Notes: a model not told the origin generated them from the letters alone. 43,588 nt of DNA from Acidobacteriota bacterium (GCA_026394175.1 JAPKYU010000480.1:1-43588); one strand, 5' to 3'; shown: positions 16,890 to 27,387, counted from the first letter of the stretch. Made by a program: numbers and translations.

Positions 16890-17915
16890 TTACCCGGCCA
16901 GCGCCATTCGCGAGGCGCCGAGCTTGAAGATCAGGTCCTCGACGTCCTTCTGGTAGAAAACGCGGATGCTGACCTCGGGATACAATTCGCGCAGCCGTTT
17001 CACCTTGCGGTTTTTTCGCGTGACCAGCGACTGCTTCATGGTCGTCAGCTCGACGTAGAGGTCCAGTTCGGGAAGGTGAAAATCGGGAGTGAAGGCCTCG
17101 GTAACTTCCTGCTGCTCGTTCCATTCGATGGGGAAGGTGTTGGGCTCGTATTCCCACCCAATGCCGTAAAAATCCATCAGCCGGGCGAAGACGCGCTCGC
17201 TGGGATGGGCGAAGGAGACGCGCTCCAGCAGTGGGGAGCCGGGCAGATCGGCGAAGTGGCGGGCCAGCCGGATCTGGCTGCGCAGGCGGATGCGCTCGGC
17301 GGTTTCGGGGGAAAGCAGCGCCGCGCCCGGCAACAGTGTGGATTCGACCGCCCGGAAAGCCAGATCGCCGGCCCGCTCCAGGTCCATAGCGGCCGTGTTC
17401 AACGTGAGGTGGTACAGGTCGGCGTGCTGCGGGCTGCGGCCGAAGACGGTGTGCAGGTAGCGCGTCTGAACGGCGTCGCACCGCAACACCAGTTCGGCGG
17501 CCGCCGGCGGGGCCAGCCCCATCTCGGCCGCCACCGTGGCGGCGCGCCATTGCTTGGGGGCCGCCAGCCGCAGATGGAAGGCGCAGGTGGCCTCACGAAA
17601 CAGGAACTGGCCGCCGCGCCCCACCAGCACCAGGTGCTCGCGGGTGGCCATCTCGACCGCGATTTGCGCGATCAGGTTGGCGTACAGGTTCAGGCGCGCG
17701 CGCGCGCTCACCGCATCTGCGCCGCCGGCGCTTTCCGGTTCAACGGGCGGCGCCCGCCCGCCCGCCGGCTCGGGCGGATCGACGCCGAACTGCGCCCGCA
17801 TTCCCTGCTCCAGCGCCTGCCGCCCCACCAGGCGGAAGCCGGTGCGCCGCGCCAATTCCCGCGCAATGTCGTCCCCGCGGCTGCCGAATTGCCGGGAAAC
17901 CGTGACGATGGCCAT
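16890..17915 (-). CDS. cytidylate-kinase-like family protein with an extra C-terminal nuclease-like domain
   Basis: The N-terminus MAIVTVSRQFGSRGDDIARELA is typical of the cytidylate-kinase-like family (degenerate P-loop). The C-terminal ~110 aa are ERVFARLMDFYGIGWEYEPNTFPIEW...FTPDFHLPELDLYVELTTMK, which looks like a PD-(D/E)xK-type core. Confidence 0.7.
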   Translation of the reverse strand: MAIVTVSRQFGSRGDDIARELARRTGFRLVGRQALEQGMRAQFGVDPPEPAGGRAPPVEPESAGGADAVSARARLNLYANLIAQIAVEMATREHLVLVGRGGQFLFREATCAFHLRLAAPKQWRAATVAAEMGLAPPAAAELVLRCDAVQTRYLHTVFGRSPQHADLYHLTLNTAAMDLERAGDLAFRAVESTLLPGAALLSPETAERIRLRSQIRLARHFADLPGSPLLERVSFAHPSERVFARLMDFYGIGWEYEPNTFPIEWNEQQEVTEAFTPDFHLPELDLYVELTTMKQSLVTRKNRKVKRLRELYPEVSIRVFYQKDVEDLIFKLGASRMALAG

Positions 17916-17957
17916 GGCTGCCTAGCGCTCTGCCTCCCAGACAGGGTGACCGCAGCG

Positions 17958-18013
17958 AAGGCGGAAGGCAGACGGCGGAAAGCAGCATGCGCCGTTGCCG
18001 CCTTCCGCCTTCC
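17958..18013. repeat. periodic palindrome, GAAGGCG/CGCCTTC 7-mer family
   Basis: GAAGGCGGAAGGC..ACGGCG (17958-17978) pairs with CGCCGT..GCCGCCTTCCGCCTTC (17991-18013). That gives 13 + 6 bp with a small internal loop. Confidence 0.65.
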
Positions 18014-18168
18014 GCTTTCTGTCTTCAGCCCGATGATTCATTGTCCGGACGCGGTACGTGATATGGGATGGCACGGCGCGGCCGGGCGTTGCCACCCCGC
18101 GGGCCGTGCCCCCGCGGTCAGAATGCCTCTGGTTAAAACAGAATGCAAGTGAATTGTTTGAACAGACC

Positions 18169-18245
18169 GGCTGTCGCCTGACGGCTGTCGGCTCGGGGTC
18201 TTTCGTGCGCCGTCAGCCGCCGGCCGTCAGCCGATCGCCGGTCGC
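18169..18245. repeat. weak period-7 inverted repeat (GGCTGWC / GWCAGCC) overlapping the thrC 3' end
   Basis: GGCTGTCGCCTGACGGCTGTCGG opposes CCGTCAGCCGCCGGCCGTCAGCC, with about 78 percent complementarity by hand. The right arm encodes the last thrC residues. Confidence 0.35.
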
Positions 18246-19550
18246 CTCGCGGAGGGCGGCCTCCAGGGCGGCGGCCTCCGCCGCGACGATCCGCGGGCGG
18301 TTGGCCAGGCGGCTCTCCAGCGGCCGGCCGCCGCATTCCAGTTCGCCGGCGTGATAGCGAAGGATGTAGTCGGGATCTTTGAGCAGGTGCCCGGTGAGGA
18401 TTGCGACCACATCCTGATCGGGCCCCACGACGCCGGCGGCCCGCAGCTTCCTGGCGCCGGCCAGCGTGGCGGCCGAAGCCGGCTCGCAACCGATGCCGGC
18501 GCGGCCGATGACCGCCTTGGCGTCGGCGATCTCCTGCTCGCTGACGGCCACGCAGACGCCGCCGCTGGCCCGCAGCTCGCGCACGGCCTTCGGCCAGGAA
18601 ACGGGCGCCCCGATCTTGATGGCCGTGGCCAGCGTCTGGGGCCGCTCGACGGGCCGCAGCTCGGCGGCCGCCGATTCCATCATGCGGCACAACGGCGCCG
18701 CCCCTTCGGCCTGGATCACCGCCAGGCGCGGCAAGCGCCGGATCAGCCCCAGATCGCGCAGCTCGCGCAGGCCCTTGCCGAAGGCCGACACATTGCCCAG
18801 GTTGCCGCCCGGCAGCACGATCCAGTCCGGCTCGCGCCAGCCGCATTGCTCCAACAACTCCGCCATGATGGTTTTCTGGCCTTCCAGGCGAAAGGGATTC
18901 ACCGAGTTGAGCAGGTACAGCCCCAGGGACTCCGCCATGCGGAAGATGAGGCGGAGGATCTGGTCGAAGTTGGCCTCCACCTGGAAGGTGACGGCACCGT
19001 ATTCGAGCGCTTGGGCCAGCTTGCCCAGCGCAATCTCGCCGTGCGGGATGAAGACCACCGGAACCAGCCCGGCATAAGAAGCGTAGGCCGCCATCGAAGC
19101 CGAGGTGTTGCCCGTGGAAACGCAGCCCACCAGGCGCATGCCGAGCGCGCGGGCGCGCGTGACCCCGCAAGTCATGCCGTTGTCCTTGAAGGAGCCGGTG
19201 GGGTTGAAGCCCTGGTGCTTGAAGCGGATGGCGTCCAGCCCCGCAAAACCCGCGGCGGCCGCGGAATCCAGCAGCGGCGTGTTGCCTTCGCCCAGCGTGG
19301 CGACCAGCTCCGCGCTCTCCGGTTCGCTGATGAACGGGATCAGTTCGCGGAAGCGCCAGACGCCGCTCGAGTCCAGCTTCCGGAGCGAGGCGCGCCGCCC
19401 GCTCCACAGCGCGGGCCATTGCGCGGCCGCCTCCCGGTCGAAAGCATATTCGACGTCCAGCAGCCCGCCGCAGCGCGGGCAGGTGTGGATATTCTCCGCC
19501 AGCGGGTATGCGGCGCCGCAGCTTTCACGGATACAGCGGAAAACGTGCAT
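18213..19550 (-). CDS. thrC: threonine synthase
   Basis: MHVFRCIRESCGAAYPL...CPRCGGLLDVEY is an N-terminal zinc ribbon, and the PLP-lysine motif is PTGSFKDNGMT. The 24-aa extension to 19622 lies inside a repeat and was rejected. Confidence 0.93.
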   Translation of the reverse strand: MHVFRCIRESCGAAYPLAENIHTCPRCGGLLDVEYAFDREAAAQWPALWSGRRASLRKLDSSGVWRFRELIPFISEPESAELVATLGEGNTPLLDSAAAAGFAGLDAIRFKHQGFNPTGSFKDNGMTCGVTRARALGMRLVGCVSTGNTSASMAAYASYAGLVPVVFIPHGEIALGKLAQALEYGAVTFQVEANFDQILRLIFRMAESLGLYLLNSVNPFRLEGQKTIMAELLEQCGWREPDWIVLPGGNLGNVSAFGKGLRELRDLGLIRRLPRLAVIQAEGAAPLCRMMESAAAELRPVERPQTLATAIKIGAPVSWPKAVRELRASGGVCVAVSEQEIADAKAVIGRAGIGCEPASAATLAGARKLRAAGVVGPDQDVVAILTGHLLKDPDYILRYHAGELECGGRPLESRLANRPRIVAAEAAALEAALREATGDRLTAGG

Positions 19551-19570
19551 CGATGTTATCTCACCACAAA

Positions 19571-19659
19571 CAGTGATAAGTGACGAGTGACAAGTGACGA
19601 GCGGCCCGGCCTCGCTTGTCACTCATCACTCGTCACTTGTCACTTGTCACTCATCACTG
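19571..19659. repeat. periodic imperfect palindrome, GTGAYRA/TYRTCAC 7-mer family
   Basis: CAGTGATAAGTGACGAGTGACAAGTGACGAGCG opposes CGCTTGTCACTCATCACTCGTCACTTGTCACTTGTCACTCATCACTG. There are 4 units against 6 units. It contains the thrB stop codon. Confidence 0.8.
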
Positions 19660-20572
19660 TCGCGCCGGTGGCGGCGACGGCCAGGGGCCGCACCTCGGCC
19701 GCCAGGCCCAGGCGCCGGTAGACGCCCTCCAGCGCCTGCACGGTCGGCTGCGGCGATCCCTCGACCAAGGCCAGCAGCGAGGGGCCGGCGCCGCTGAGCA
19801 CGACTCCCAGCAGGCCGGGAGCGCGCAGTTCCAGCGCCTCGCGAAGCCCGGGCACCAGCGGGGCGCGGTAGGGCTGGTGCAGGCGGTCGTCGACCGCGGT
19901 GGGCATCCGGAGTGCCGCCGCGGAGCCGGAGGCCAGCGCGCCAACCAGCAGCGCCACCCGCTGCAGGTTGAAGACGGTGTCGGAGCGGGCGTAGGAAGCC
20001 GGGAGCACGGCGCGCGCCTTGCTGGTTTCCAGCCGGAACTCGGGAACGGCGACCACCAGCGAGATCTGTTCCGGCCACTTCAACCGCAGCGTTTCCACCC
20101 GGCCGTCGCCGAGTGCGCAGGCCACAATCAGGCCGCCGCACAGCGAGGCGGTCACGTTGTCCGGGTGGCCGTCCTCCATCTCGGCCGCCAGCCAAGCCAG
20201 CCGTTCGGTGGCCAGACCGAGCCGGCCGCAATGGTTGGCCAGCACCAGCCCGGCGACCGCCGCGGCGCCGCTGGAGCCCAGCCCGCGCGCCAGCGGGATG
20301 TGGTTCTCCAGTTCCAGGCACACGGGCGGGGCCGGCCGGCCGGCCGCCTCGAAACCGCGGCGGAACGATTTCAGGATCAGGTTCGAGTCATCGGTGGCGA
20401 TGCTCTCCGTGTGCGGGCCCGACAAGCGGACGCGCGGCCTGCCGCCGCCCGGTGAAAAGACCGCCGCCTCCAGCCATAATTCCAGCGCCACCGCAAGCAC
20501 GTCAAATCCCGGGCCCAGGTTGGCGCTGGAGCCGGGCACGCGCACCCGCGCCGGCAGAATCAGTTCGCTCAC
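19640..20572 (-). CDS. thrB: homoserine kinase
   Basis: RVRVPGSSANLGPGFDVLAVAL is a GHMP kinase motif, and the gene lies directly upstream of thrC. Confidence 0.93.
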   Translation of the reverse strand: MSELILPARVRVPGSSANLGPGFDVLAVALELWLEAAVFSPGGGRPRVRLSGPHTESIATDDSNLILKSFRRGFEAAGRPAPPVCLELENHIPLARGLGSSGAAAVAGLVLANHCGRLGLATERLAWLAAEMEDGHPDNVTASLCGGLIVACALGDGRVETLRLKWPEQISLVVAVPEFRLETSKARAVLPASYARSDTVFNLQRVALLVGALASGSAAALRMPTAVDDRLHQPYRAPLVPGLREALELRAPGLLGVVLSGAGPSLLALVEGSPQPTVQALEGVYRRLGLAAEVRPLAVAATGATVMSDK

Positions 20573-20649
20573 ATCCCTAAGTTAAAGGAAAAACACAAAG
20601 ACACCAAGGCGGAAAGAAGACCCAAGATCGAGCCGCGAGCGTCAGAGGA

Positions 20650-21699
20650 CTATTTCCCGCCGGCGCCGGCGGCCTCCAGCAACTGCCGCGCATGATAATT
20701 GACCACCCGCGACTGGTTCCGCAGGGTCTCCATGTAGGCTTCGCGCAGCAATTGCCCCCTGCGGTTTTCCAGCGTGTTGCGGATTTCCTGCTGCACGGCC
20801 GGATCGGAGATCTGGCGTTGCCCCGGCGTCTGCTTCTCCACCAGCTTGAGGATGTAGTAGGCGTCGCGCGCGCGAATGGGACCGGCGGTGCCCCCGGGCT
20901 GCATGGTCAGGATGGCGCGCTTCAGCAGGGGGTCCGCTTTGTCCAGCGACGAGGCGGGAATGAAGCCCATGTCTCCCTCGCTGCGCGCCGTGTTGGGGTC
21001 TTCCGACAGATCTTCGGCCAGGCGGCCGAAATCGTCTCCGGCGCGCAGGCGCGCCGCGATGCCTTCGGCTTTGCGCCTGGCCTCCTGTTCGCCCTTGGCC
21101 TTGTCGTTCTTCAGATTGGCCACGGGGATGTCGGTGGCCGGGGTCACCACGATCTGCGCCAGGTGGAAGCGGGTCTCGGGCACGTTGAATCCCGCTTTGT
21201 TCTCCTGGTAGAACTTGGAGATCTCCGCATCGCTCACTTTGATCTTGGAGCGAATCTCCTTGTTGAAGACTTTATCGAGACTGATCTCGCGGCGCAGGTC
21301 ATTTTTCAGGTCCGCGGCGGTCAGGCCCCGCTCCTTCAAGCGCGACTGAAACTCCTGCTCCGAGTACGGGCTCTTGCGTTCGGCGAACTTGCCTTCGGCT
21401 TCGGCGTCGGTGGCCAGCAGCCCCAGTTTCTCGGCCCGCTGCAGCAGGATTTCGTTGTCGATCAAGGCCCGCAAGATCATCAGCCGCTGAACCTGCTCCT
21501 GCTCGGGCGAGGGCTTCTGCGGGGTCTCGGCGAGCTGCGCCTGGTAAAACTTATCGACTTCCGAGGAAAGGACCCCGCGGCCGTTGACTTCGGCCAGCAC
21601 CTTCTGGCCGCCGGACCGCGTCCGGCATCCGGCGGCGTACCAAACCAGTAGCGCGACCACAGCGGCAAGGGGCAAAAGAACCAGCGCTTTTTTTCTCAC
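20650..21699 (-). CDS. SurA-N/parvulin-type peptidyl-prolyl isomerase, membrane-anchored or secreted
   Basis: An N-terminal hydrophobic anchor is followed by a SurA_N-like chaperone region and a PPIC-type segment (FGRLAEDLSEDPNTARSEGDMGFI). Confidence 0.8.
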   Translation of the reverse strand: MRKKALVLLPLAAVVALLVWYAAGCRTRSGGQKVLAEVNGRGVLSSEVDKFYQAQLAETPQKPSPEQEQVQRLMILRALIDNEILLQRAEKLGLLATDAEAEGKFAERKSPYSEQEFQSRLKERGLTAADLKNDLRREISLDKVFNKEIRSKIKVSDAEISKFYQENKAGFNVPETRFHLAQIVVTPATDIPVANLKNDKAKGEQEARRKAEGIAARLRAGDDFGRLAEDLSEDPNTARSEGDMGFIPASSLDKADPLLKRAILTMQPGGTAGPIRARDAYYILKLVEKQTPGQRQISDPAVQQEIRNTLENRRGQLLREAYMETLRNQSRVVNYHARQLLEAAGAGGK

Positions 21700-21902
21700 A
21701 ATGCCAACATCTTACCAGACCCGGGAGCGCGGGTGTCCCCCCGCAGCACCTCGCGGCATTTTGCCAGGGAAGGCGCAGGGAAGGCGAAAGCCACTTGGCT
21801 CGTACCCCGTAGAAATGTTAATCTTTGTCGGCTCGCACCTCTTCCCTATTGCTCACACGTTAGCCATCGGCGGGGCAAGCAACGGCTCTCAAGAGGTGTT
21901 CA

Positions 21903-24900
21903 ATGGCACGCCTGGAAGACTTAAAACCCGGCGGCACTATCAAGGGCATATTACCGGACGCCCAGGTGACGGTGATCGAAGCCAAGTTCCACGGTGCCAA
22001 CGTCGTGGAACTGGTTTACAAAGACGCCAAGGGACGCCTGGGCACGGAACTGATCTACCGGTACCGTGAGCCGACTTTGGAAATCGTCGCGGAGGGCCAG
22101 CCCTGGAGCTTCGATGCTGATGCCGGCATGCTGCGGCTTGTTTCGGAGGCCTACCGCATCCGTCTGGCGTACCTGTTCGACCCCCTTCTGGCCATCCACA
22201 CGTCGCTGATCGATCCTCTGCCTCACCAGATCACCGCCGTTTACGCCGAGATGCTCAGCCGGCAGCCGCTACGCTTCCTGCTCGCCGATGATCCCGGCGC
22301 GGGCAAAACCATCATGGCGGGCTTGCTGATCAAGGAACTGCTGATACGGGGCGATCTCCACCGCTGCCTGATCGTCTGCCCCGGAATGCTCGTCGAGCAA
22401 TGGCAGGACGAACTCGATCTAAAGTTCCACCTGCCGTTCGAGATCCTCACCAACGACAAGCTGGAAGCATCGCGAACCGGAAACTGGTTCCTTGAGAATC
22501 CACTGGCAATCTGCCGCCTCGACAAACTGAGCCGCGATGAGGACGTTCAAGCTAAGCTGGAAACGACCGACTGGGACCTGGTCGTCTGCGATGAAGCGCA
22601 TAAAATGTCGGCTTCCTTTTTTTCCGGGGAAGTAAAGGAAACCAAGCGCTACAAGCTCGGCCGGCTGCTCTCACGCCTCACCCGCCATTTCCTCCTGATG
22701 ACGGCCACACCGCACAACGGCAAAGAGGAGGACTTCCAGCTTTTCATGGCGCTGATCGACGGGGACCGTTTCGAAGGCAGGTTCAGGGATGGCGTCCACG
22801 TCACCGACGTCTCCGACATCATGCGCCGTCTGGTGAAGGAGCACATGCTCAAGTTCGACGGGACGCCGCTCTTCCCAGAGCGCCTGGCCTACGCGGTGAA
22901 CTACAAACTGTCAGATGCCGAGGCGCACCTCTACGAGCGCGTCACCAACTACGTCCGTGAAGAGTTCAACCGTGCGGAGGCCTTGGAGAACGAGGGGCGA
23001 AAAGGCACGGTCGGTTTCGCGCTGACCATTCTTCAGCGCCGCCTCGCGTCCTCCCCGGAAGCCATCTACCAATCGCTCAAGCGCCGGCGCGAGCGCCTGG
23101 AAAAGCGCTTGGCGGAAGAGAAGCTGCTCAAGCGAGGCCGCGACGCGGGCATGAGTCGCATGGAACTGATGGCGGCGCGCGTCGAAACCGGCCAGGATTT
23201 GCCGCTGATCAAGGCCGAAGACTTGGACGACATGGAGGATGCACCCGAGGCCGAAGTCGAACAGGCGCAGGAGGAGGTGGTCGACCAGGCGTCGGCGGCC
23301 CGCACAATTGCCGAGCTTCAGGCCGAGATCGACATACTGCGGGAACTGGAAGGCCTGGCATGGCAGGTCCGTAAGAGCGGGACGGACAAGAAGTGGGAGG
23401 AGCTGTCGAAAGTTCTCGATGAAAGCGCCACCAAGTGCAATGCCGAAGGCCACGGTTGGAAGCTGGTGATCTTCACTGAGCATCGCGACACGCTGAGTTA
23501 CCTGGCTCAGAGGATCGGCGACCGGATCGGCGCGGCAGCGGTCGTCATGATTCATGGCGGAATGGGCCGCGAGGAGCGCAAGAAAGCGCAGGAAACGTTC
23601 ACCTAGGATAAGAGCGTTCAAGTCCTCGTCGCCACCGACGCGGCGGGGGAAGGTATCAACCTTCAGCGGGCGCACCTGATGATGAACTACGACCTGCCAT
23701 GGAACCCCAACCGGATCGAGCAGCGGTTTGGGCGCATCCACCGCATCGGCCAGACCGAGGTATGCCATCTCTGGAACCTGGTTGCCGGCGAGACGCGAGA
23801 GGGCGAAGTGTTCCATCGGCTGTTTGAGAAACTGGAGGAGCAGCGCAAGACGCTGGGCGCCGGGGTTTTTGACATTCTGGGCAAGCTTTTCCGTGACACG
23901 CCGCTGCGCGACCTGCTGGTGGAGGCCATCCGTTACGGAGACCGCCCGGAAGTGCGCGAGCGCCTGCGTTTGATCGTTGACAACCTGGCCGACCGTGAGC
24001 GCTGCACGGAGCTGCTCGAAGAACGGGCGCTTGCCCACGATTCGATGGATGCCTCGGCTGTACGTCGTATCCGCGAGGAAATGGAGCGCGCCGAAGCCCG
24101 CCGCTTGCAGCCGCACTTCATCGAGGCTTTCTTCCTGCAGGCCTTCCGTCTGATGGGCGGCGCCATTCACGGGCGCGAACCGAGGCGCTATGAGATCACG
24201 CATGTTCCGGCGGTGGTTCGCAGCCGGGATCGGCAGATTGGCACCCGCGAGCCTGTGCTCGCCCGCTACGAGCGCATCACTTTCGAGAAAGACCTGATAG
24301 CTTTCCCGGGCAAGCCGCTGGCGGCGTTCGTTTGCCCCGGTCACCCGCTGCTGGACGCGACGATTGACCTCATCCTGGAACGCAACCGCGACCTGTTGAA
24401 GCGCGGCGCGGTTCTGCTGGACCAGAGCGATGCGGGTGAGAAGACGCGGGCGCTCTTCTATTTGGAGCATTCCATCCAGGACGCCCGCACCGATCGCTCC
24501 GGCAATCGCCGCGTCGTCTCCCGCCAGATGCAGTTCGTCGAGATCGACTGCGCAGGCACGGCCCGCACCGCCGGCTATGCGCCCTACTTGGATTACCGGC
24601 CGCTGACGGAGAAGGAGCGTCCGCTGGTTACCCCGCTCGTGGAAAAGCTGCTGGCAACAAGCGAAATTGAGGCGCAGGCATCGTCCTATGCCATCTCCAA
24701 TCTCGTGCCCGCCCATTTTGAAGAAGTCCGCGAGCGCCGGGAAGAACTGGTTCGCAAGACGATGGCGGCCGTCAAAGACCGCCTCACGAAAGAGATCAAC
24801 TACTGGGACCACCGCGCTGAAGAACTGAAAATTCAGGAACTGGCCGGCCGCGTGAACGCCCGCATCAACTCCGGTAAGGCCCGCCAGCGCGCCGACGAAC

Positions 24901-25436
24901 TCCAGGTCAGATTGCAGAAGCGTATGGAAGAGTTGGAGCAGGAGCGATTGCTCTCTCCACTCCCGCCCGTTGTCATCGGCGGCGCGCTGGTCATCCCCGC
25001 TGGTCTGCTGGCCAAACTGAGGGGCGAATCGCGGGAGGCTCTCGATCACTTCGCGCGTGAAACCAAGCGCAGCGAAGAGATGGCGATGGCGGCAGTCATG
25101 GAGGCGGAACGCGGGCTCGGATTTGATCCGAAGGATGTGAGCGATCAGAAATGCGGCTACGATATTGAGTCCCGGGTGCCGGCAACCGGCAACTTGCGTT
25201 TCATTGAGGTGAAGGGCCGCATGGCCGGGGCAACAACGGTGACTATCACGAAGAACGAGATTCTAGCGGCGCTCAACAAGCCCAACGACTTCGTCCTGGC
25301 GATTGCCGAGGTGGACGGTGACGTCGCGCGGCTGCGGTACGTCCGGCGGCCTTTTCAGCAAGAGCCAGACTTCGCCGTGACCAGTGTAAACTACAACCTC
25401 GAACAGTTGCTGTTTCGCGGAGAAGATCCGTGCTGA
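21903..25436 (+). pseudogene. SNF2-family helicase with C-terminal DUF3883 (PD-(D/E)xK-like) domain, interrupted by one in-frame TAG
   Basis: ORFs 21903..23606 and 23679..25436 are in the same frame. TAG lies at 23604-23606. Helicase motifs are DPGAGKT (I) and DEAHK (II). Motif V, VLVATDAAGEGINLQ, is encoded directly after the TAG and before the next ATG. Motif VI is QRFGRIHRIGQ. The C-terminus has GYDIES...FIEVKG. Confidence 0.85.
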
Positions 25437-27160
25437 CCAAGCTGAGCATCCGAAATTTCAAGCGCTTTGGTTCTGTTGAGATCGAACTGGGCAACCCTGT
25501 CGTGTTCATCGGTCCCAACAACTCCGGCAAGACCACCGCGTTGCAGGCGCTTGCGCTGTGGGATGTCGGCCTGCGGCGGTGGAACGAGAGGCGTTCGGGG
25601 AAGAAGAGCACGCCAGAAAAGCGCCCGGGAGTGACCATTAACCGCCGCGATCTCATTGCGGCTCCCGTTCCTGACGCAAACCTATTGTGGCGCGATCTAC
25701 ATGTGCGCGACGTGCGCAGAACGAATGGCAAGCCGGAGACCCAAAACATCCGGGTGGACATTACCGTGGAAGGCGTCGCAGAAGGGGCGGCTTGGGTCTG
25801 CGGATTCGAGTTCGACTACGCCAACAAAGAATCCTTTTACTGCCGTCCTCTCCGAATCTCGAAAACCGAGCGGATGCCGGTTCCACCCCAAGCTGCCAAG
25901 ACTCGGGTCGCGTTTCTTCCGCCAATGTCGGGCCTGGCAGCCAATGAGAACCGTCTCGACGCGGGCGCGGTCCATGTGCGCTTGGGTGAGGGACGAACAG
26001 CCGAGGTGCTCCGCAATCTCTGTTATCAGGTTCTGCGCGACCTCGGTGAGCCCGCGTGGAACAAGTTGCAGGGCCGAATCAGGGAATTGTTTGGCGTCAC
26101 GCTGCAGGAACCGGTGTATGTCGCAGAGCGCGGCGAGATCACAATGTTGTACCTTACCCCTTCGGGCGTTCGGCTGGATCTCTCTTCCGCTGGGCGCGGC
26201 CTTCAGCAGACGCTCCTGCTTCTGGCCCACCTCGCCGTCAACCCCGGGTCGGTGCTCCTGCTGGACGAACCCGATGCGCACCTCGAGATCCTTCGCCAAA
26301 GACAGATCTACCAGTTGCTTGCAGAAGCAGCCCGGGAACAGAACAGCCAGATCATTGCGGCCAGCCATTCCGAGGTGCTTCTCAACGAGGCCGCCGACCG
26401 CGACGTGGTCGTGGCGTTTGTTGGAAAGCCGCACCGGATCGACGATCGGGGCAGCCAGGTCCTCAAGTCCCTGAAGGAAATCGGGTTCGAGCAGTACTAT
26501 CAGGCGGAGGAAACCGGATGGATCCTCTACCTGGAAGGGTCCACGGATCTTGCCATACTCCGCGCCTTTGCGGAAATACTGAACCATCCCGCAGGGCCTC
26601 TGCTGGAACGGCCTTTCGTGCACTATACCTATAACCAGCCGCTGAAAGCGCGGGACCATTTCTACGGTCTGCGGGAGGCGAAGGGAGACCTTGTCGGGAT
26701 TGCCATTTTCGACCGCCTGGACCAAAAGCTTCAGGACCGCCCCGAGCTCAAAGAACATATGTGGAAGCGGCGAGAAATTGAGAACTATCTCTGCTGCCCT
26801 GAGGCGCTCTCCGCATGGGCGAAAGAAGAGGGAGGCCAAAAACTGGGGCCGCTCTTTGCCCCCGGCTGGCAGGAGCAAATGACTCAAGCGGTGGGTGAAA
26901 TCGAGACGGCTATGGCTACCCTGGGGAAGGGGTCGCCCTGGTCGCCTGACACGAAGGTTTCCGACGATTTTCTGGACCCTCTCTTTGTAGCCTTTTTCAA
27001 GAGGCTATCGCTCCCAAACCTCATGCGCAAGAGCGACTACCATGTTCTGGCCCGACACGTACCAGCGGACCGCATCGATCCCGAGATAACCCAGGTGTTG
27101 GAGGGCGTTGTTGAAGTGTCAGCGCGGGCGAATCCCGCTCGGGAAGAAGACGGTGCCTGA
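25430..27160 (+). CDS. ABC-type ATPase (AAA_15/21-like) fused to a DUF4435/OLD-like Toprim domain; single-chain PARIS (AriA-AriB)-like defence protein
   Basis: Walker A is GPNNSGKTT, Walker B/D-loop is [11 protein letters not shown], and the H-loop is IIAASHSE. The C-terminal part has [22 protein letters not shown] and KRREIENYL, as in DUF4435/Toprim. GTG 25430 overlaps the helicase stop. Confidence 0.75.
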   Translation: MLTKLSIRNFKRFGSVEIELGNPVVFIGPNNSGKTTALQALALWDVGLRRWNERRSGKKSTPEKRPGVTINRRDLIAAPVPDANLLWRDLHVRDVRRTNGKPETQNIRVDITVEGVAEGAAWVCGFEFDYANKESFYCRPLRISKTERMPVPPQAAKTRVAFLPPMSGLAANENRLDAGAVHVRLGEGRTAEVLRNLCYQVLRDLGEPAWNKLQGRIRELFGVTLQEPVYVAERGEITMLYLTPSGVRLDLSSAGRGLQQTLLLLAHLAVNPGSVLLLDEPDAHLEILRQRQIYQLLAEAAREQNSQIIAASHSEVLLNEAADRDVVVAFVGKPHRIDDRGSQVLKSLKEIGFEQYYQAEETGWILYLEGSTDLAILRAFAEILNHPAGPLLERPFVHYTYNQPLKARDHFYGLREAKGDLVGIAIFDRLDQKLQDRPELKEHMWKRREIENYLCCPEALSAWAKEEGGQKLGPLFAPGWQEQMTQAVGEIETAMATLGKGSPWSPDTKVSDDFLDPLFVAFFKRLSLPNLMRKSDYHVLARHVPADRIDPEITQVLEGVVEVSARANPAREEDGA

Positions 27161-27162
27161 AT

Positions 27163-27387
27163 ATGGGCAAGAAACTGATTGACGTGGCGCTGCCGCTGGA
27201 GGCGATCAAAAAAGCATCGGCGCGGGAGAAGTCCATCCGGCATGGGCATCCGTCCACGCTTCACTTGTGGTGGGCGCGGCGGCCGCTGGCGGCGGCACGG
27301 GCGGTGATTTTCACGCAAATGGTGGACGACCCGTCGGCGCCCCCGACCAGGTGGTGCGCACCGTCACCGAGAATTGCCGCACGCTGA
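27163..27387 (+). pseudogene. N-terminal stump of a DUF1156-family DNA methyltransferase
   Basis: [58 protein letters not shown] matches the conserved DUF1156 N-terminus. Similarity ends at about 27335 and the frame stops at 27387, whereas full-length proteins are around 900-1000 aa. Confidence 0.7.

Noticed and set aside
19551-19622. N-terminal extensions offered by the ORF track: thrC to 19622, gcvPA from 29061, the antiporter to 15549, and hicB to 12863.
   Set aside because: The thrC, gcvPA and antiporter extensions are encoded by the periodic repeat arms and start at GTG/TTG. The hicB extension lies in the upstream spacer, not in a repeat. In all four the conserved protein N-terminus begins at the internal ATG.
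21700-21902. Possible tRNA or attachment site at the left edge of the defence island, and direct repeats matching the right edge (27388-27528).
   Set aside because: By eye I found no cloverleaf-compatible sequence and no shared repeat of 10 nt or more between the two edges. This needs tRNAscan and a repeat search to be certain.
23604-23606. In-frame TAG as programmed recoding (pyrrolysine or read-through).
   Set aside because: No pyl genes or recoding signals are visible in the window. The neighbouring methylase is also destroyed, so simple pseudogenisation or a sequencing error is more parsimonious.
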